Below are positions 60,786 through 64,000 of a stretch of 64,000 nt of DNA, one piece after another. The stretch is from contig NIVC01002813.1 of NCBI GenBank assembly GCA_002269645.1, forward strand, positions 1 through 64,000. The letters are read 5' to 3'. The stretch is from Macrostomum lignano. Lineage: Eukaryota. The notes below the pieces were generated by a model that saw only the letters and a list, made by a program, of their open reading frames with translations, did not search any database and was not told where the DNA came from. A program made the translations under genes and the position numbers. Each line of letters opens with the position of its first letter. Within the stretch, counting starts at the first letter, position 1.

Positions 60786-60901
60786 AGAGTTCTCAAAGGA
60801 GCGCGAGAAGGCCAAGAAGAAAGGCAAATTTCACAAGCAGCGGGAGCGAATGAAGTTCGAAGAGGACTATAACGGATATATGGAGTGGATCCTCACGGCA
60901 G
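60786..60901 (+). CDS. CACNA1 (Cav1): Cav1 alpha-1 exon 6 (I-II linker, AID)
   Basis: ATTCAG|[39 protein letters not shown]|GTCTGT. Confidence 0.95.
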
Positions 60902-60962
60902 GTCTGTGCACTTCCATTAGAGTAATTGAGCTAAACATTCCATTCCAAACCTTAATTGGTGC

Positions 60963-63172
60963 AGGCTAGATTAACAATCCATTCTATTCCTGCATCCATA
61001 TAGGCTAGATTAGCAATCCATTATATTCCTCTATCCATGATAGACTAGATTAGCAATCCATTATATTCCTCTATCCATGATAGGCTAGATTAGCAATCCA
61101 TTCTATTCCTGCATCCATGTAGGCTAGATTAGCAATCCATTCTATTCCTGCATCCATGTAGGCTAGATTAGCAATCCATTATATTCCTCTATCCATGATA
61201 GGCTAGCTTAGCAATCCATTATATTCCTCTATCCATGATAGGCTAGCTTAGCAATCCATTATATTCCTCTATCCATGATAGGCTAGCTTAGCAATCCATT
61301 ATATTCCTCTATTCATGATAGGCTAGATTAGCAATCCATTCTATTCCTCTATCCATGATAGGCTAGATTAGCAATCCATTATATTCCTCTATCCATGATA
61401 GGCTAGCTTAACAATCCATTATATTCCTCTATCCATGATAGGCTAGATTAGCAATCCATTATATTCCTCTATCCATGATAGGCTAGATTAGCAATCCATT
61501 ATATTCCTCTATCCATGATAGGCTAGATTAGCAATCCATTCTATTCCTGCATCCATGTAGGCTAGATTAGCAATCCATTATATTCCTCTATCCATGATAG
61601 GCTAGATTAGCAATCCATTCTATTCCTGCATCCATGTAGGCTAGATTAGCAATCCATTCTATTCCTCTATCCATGATAGGCTAGATTAGCAATCCATTAT
61701 ATTCCTCTATCCATGATAGGCTAGATTAGCAATCCATTATATTCCTCTATCCATGATAGGCTAGCTTAACAATCCATTATATTCCTCTATCCATGATAGG
61801 CTAGATTAGCAATCCATTATATTCCTCTATCCATGATAGGCTAGATTAGCAATCCATTATATTCCTCTATCCATGATAGGCTAGCTTAGCAATCCATTAT
61901 ATTCCTCTATCCATGATAGGCTAGATTAGCAATCCATTCTATTCCTCTATCCATGATAGGCTAGCTTAGCAATCCATTATATTCCTCTATCCATGATAGG
62001 CTAGATTAGCAATCCATTCTATTCCTCTATCCATGATAGGCTAGATTAGCAATCCATTACATTCCTCTATCCATGATAGGCTAGATTAGCAATCCATTCT
62101 ATTCCTCTATCCATGATAGGCTAGATTAGCAATCCATTATATTCCTCTATCCATGATAGGCTAGCTTAGCAATCCATTATATTCCTCTATCCATGATAGG
62201 CTAGATTAGCAATCCATTCTATTCCTGCATCCATGATAGGCTAGATTAGCAATCCATTACATTCCTCTATCCATGATAGGCTAGATTAGCAATCCATTCT
62301 ATTCCTCTATCCATGATAGGCTAGATTAGCAATCCATTATAATCCTCTATCCATGATAGGCTAGATTAGCAATCCATTATATTCCTCTATCCATGATAGG
62401 CTAGCTTAACAATCCATTATATTCCTCTATCCATGATAGGCTAGATTAGCAATCCATTCTATTCCTGCATCCATGTAGGCTAGATTAGCAATCCATTATA
62501 TTCCTGCATCCATGATAGGCTAGCTTAGCAATCCATTATATTCCTCTATCCATGATAGGCTAGATTAGCAATCCATTCTATTCCTGCATCCATGTAGGCT
62601 AGATTAGCAATCCATTATATTCCTCTATCCATGATAGGCTAGATTAGCAATCCATTCTATTCCTGCATCCATGATAGGCTAGATTAGCAATCCATTATAT
62701 TCCTGCACCCATGATAGGCTAGATTAGCAATCCATTCTATTCCTGCACCCATGATAGGCTAGATTAGCAATCCATTATATTCCTGCACCCATGATAGGCT
62801 AGATTAGCAATCCATTCTATTCCTGCACCCATGATAGGCTAGATTAGCAATCCATTCTATTCCTCTATCCATGATAGGCTAGATTAGCAATCCATTCTAT
62901 TCCTGCACTCATGATAGGCTAGATTAGCAATCCATTCTATTCCTGCACCCATGATAGGCTAGATTAGCAATCCATTCTATTCCTGCACTCATGATAGGCT
63001 AGATTAGCAATCCATTCTATTCCTGTATCCATGATAGGCTAGATTAGCAATCCATTCTATTCCTGCACCCATGATAGGCTAGATTAGCAATCCATTCTAT
63101 TCCTGCACTCATGATAGGCTAGATTAGCAATCCATTCTATTCCTGTATCCATGATAGGCTAGATTAGCTATC
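60963..63172. repeat. 40-bp minisatellite, ~55 copies, in Cav1 intron 6
   Basis: Unit GGCTAGATTAGCAATCCATT(A/C)TATTCCT(CT/GC)ATCCATGATA, with a 39-bp variant. Confidence 0.97.
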
Positions 63173-63749
63173 CAATTTATTGCAAACGCAAGTAATTATA
63201 AAAATACGACAGTTTTTTTTTTCGACTTGAGTACTTTGCATCAGACGGACAGACAGACAGGAGCAGGTTTGGAGTCTATGGAGCAATATCCGGCAGGGCG
63301 CGCCACAGCTGCACAAATTGCTGCTTTCGCAATGCCGGTATTCGAGAATATTAATTAACTATTCCGACACGGGGTAGCAACTGTGTAAGCTGATTAGGCC
63401 CGCATTGGCAATGCAAATGGCTTCCCGAGGAGCCGCGGACAAGGGCTTATGCTAATTTCTGGCTTGATCTCGCGGCCCAGATAGCGGATTTGCTCAGAAC
63501 GAATTCTTGTTCAAGAGGAAAATAATTTGTCAGCAGAGTGAGGCAAATCAGGCCGACCGGCTGCTCCGAATTCGAGTGCGAAATCGGAGAGATTGCCGGC
63601 TGGAATAGATTGCTAGCCTAGTCAACAAGGATTAGGGATTGCTAATCTAGCCAAATTGATGTGTTCAAGTTTACACAGACTTAGCACGTTCTGAAATTCG
63701 TTTTGTAAATTTCTAACTTCTCTGACCTCTTTGCCGTCCCCAATTGCAG

Positions 63750-63797
63750 AGGACCTGTCTGATGATGAGGCGGAGGAAGAGGACGAGGAGACAAGAA
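63750..63797 (+). CDS. CACNA1 (Cav1): Cav1 alpha-1 exon 7 (acidic I-II linker; gene continues beyond the window)
   Basis: AATTGCAG|(E)DLSDDEAEEEDEETR|GTGAGT; 48 nt, phase 1-1. Equivalent to DIDPENEDEGMDEEKPRN in Cav1.2. Confidence 0.85.
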
Positions 63798-63887
63798 GTG
63801 AGTGCCGGCACTCGATGGTTTTGGCCATAGAACCAGAGCATCCCGCGTTAACATGAGATAAGCGATAGAGATCAATATGGTAAAATG

Positions 63888-64000
<113 letters not shown>

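Overview
Eukaryotic (animal) genomic DNA with GC-rich, Ala/Gln/Pro-run-rich exons, GT-AG introns, and roughly a quarter of the window in micro/minisatellites. This style resembles the flatworm Macrostomum, which is an inference only. Genes I could reconstruct by hand: (1) a multi-pass membrane ORF (1028-1771, -); (2) a 2-exon polyQ protein ending in a PDZ-type motif (3343-4706, +); (3) a 3-exon orphan type-I membrane protein with signal peptide, Cys-rich Ig-like domain, Thr-rich mucin stalk, TM and long cytoplasmic tail (10337-6331, -), whose second intron is almost entirely (UAG)192; (4) a 2-exon NKAIN homologue present twice; (5) an orphan 469-aa Ser/Arg/Pro-rich ORF (29529-30938, +); (6) the first 7 coding exons of an L-type (Cav1) calcium channel alpha-1 subunit (50790-63797, +; repeat I and AID; continues beyond the window). 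A ~10-kb tandem duplication (9741-20040 / 20041-29684) copies NKAIN intact. Its junction fuses the Ig exon to the antisense strand of the Ser/Arg/Pro gene, predicting a TM-less, possibly secreted Ig protein and overlapping convergent transcripts. Also present: a CORE-type SINE, two copies of a tRNA-headed SINE with 11- and 13-bp TSDs, and about 20 tandem arrays. No CRISPR, rRNA or intact tRNA was found.
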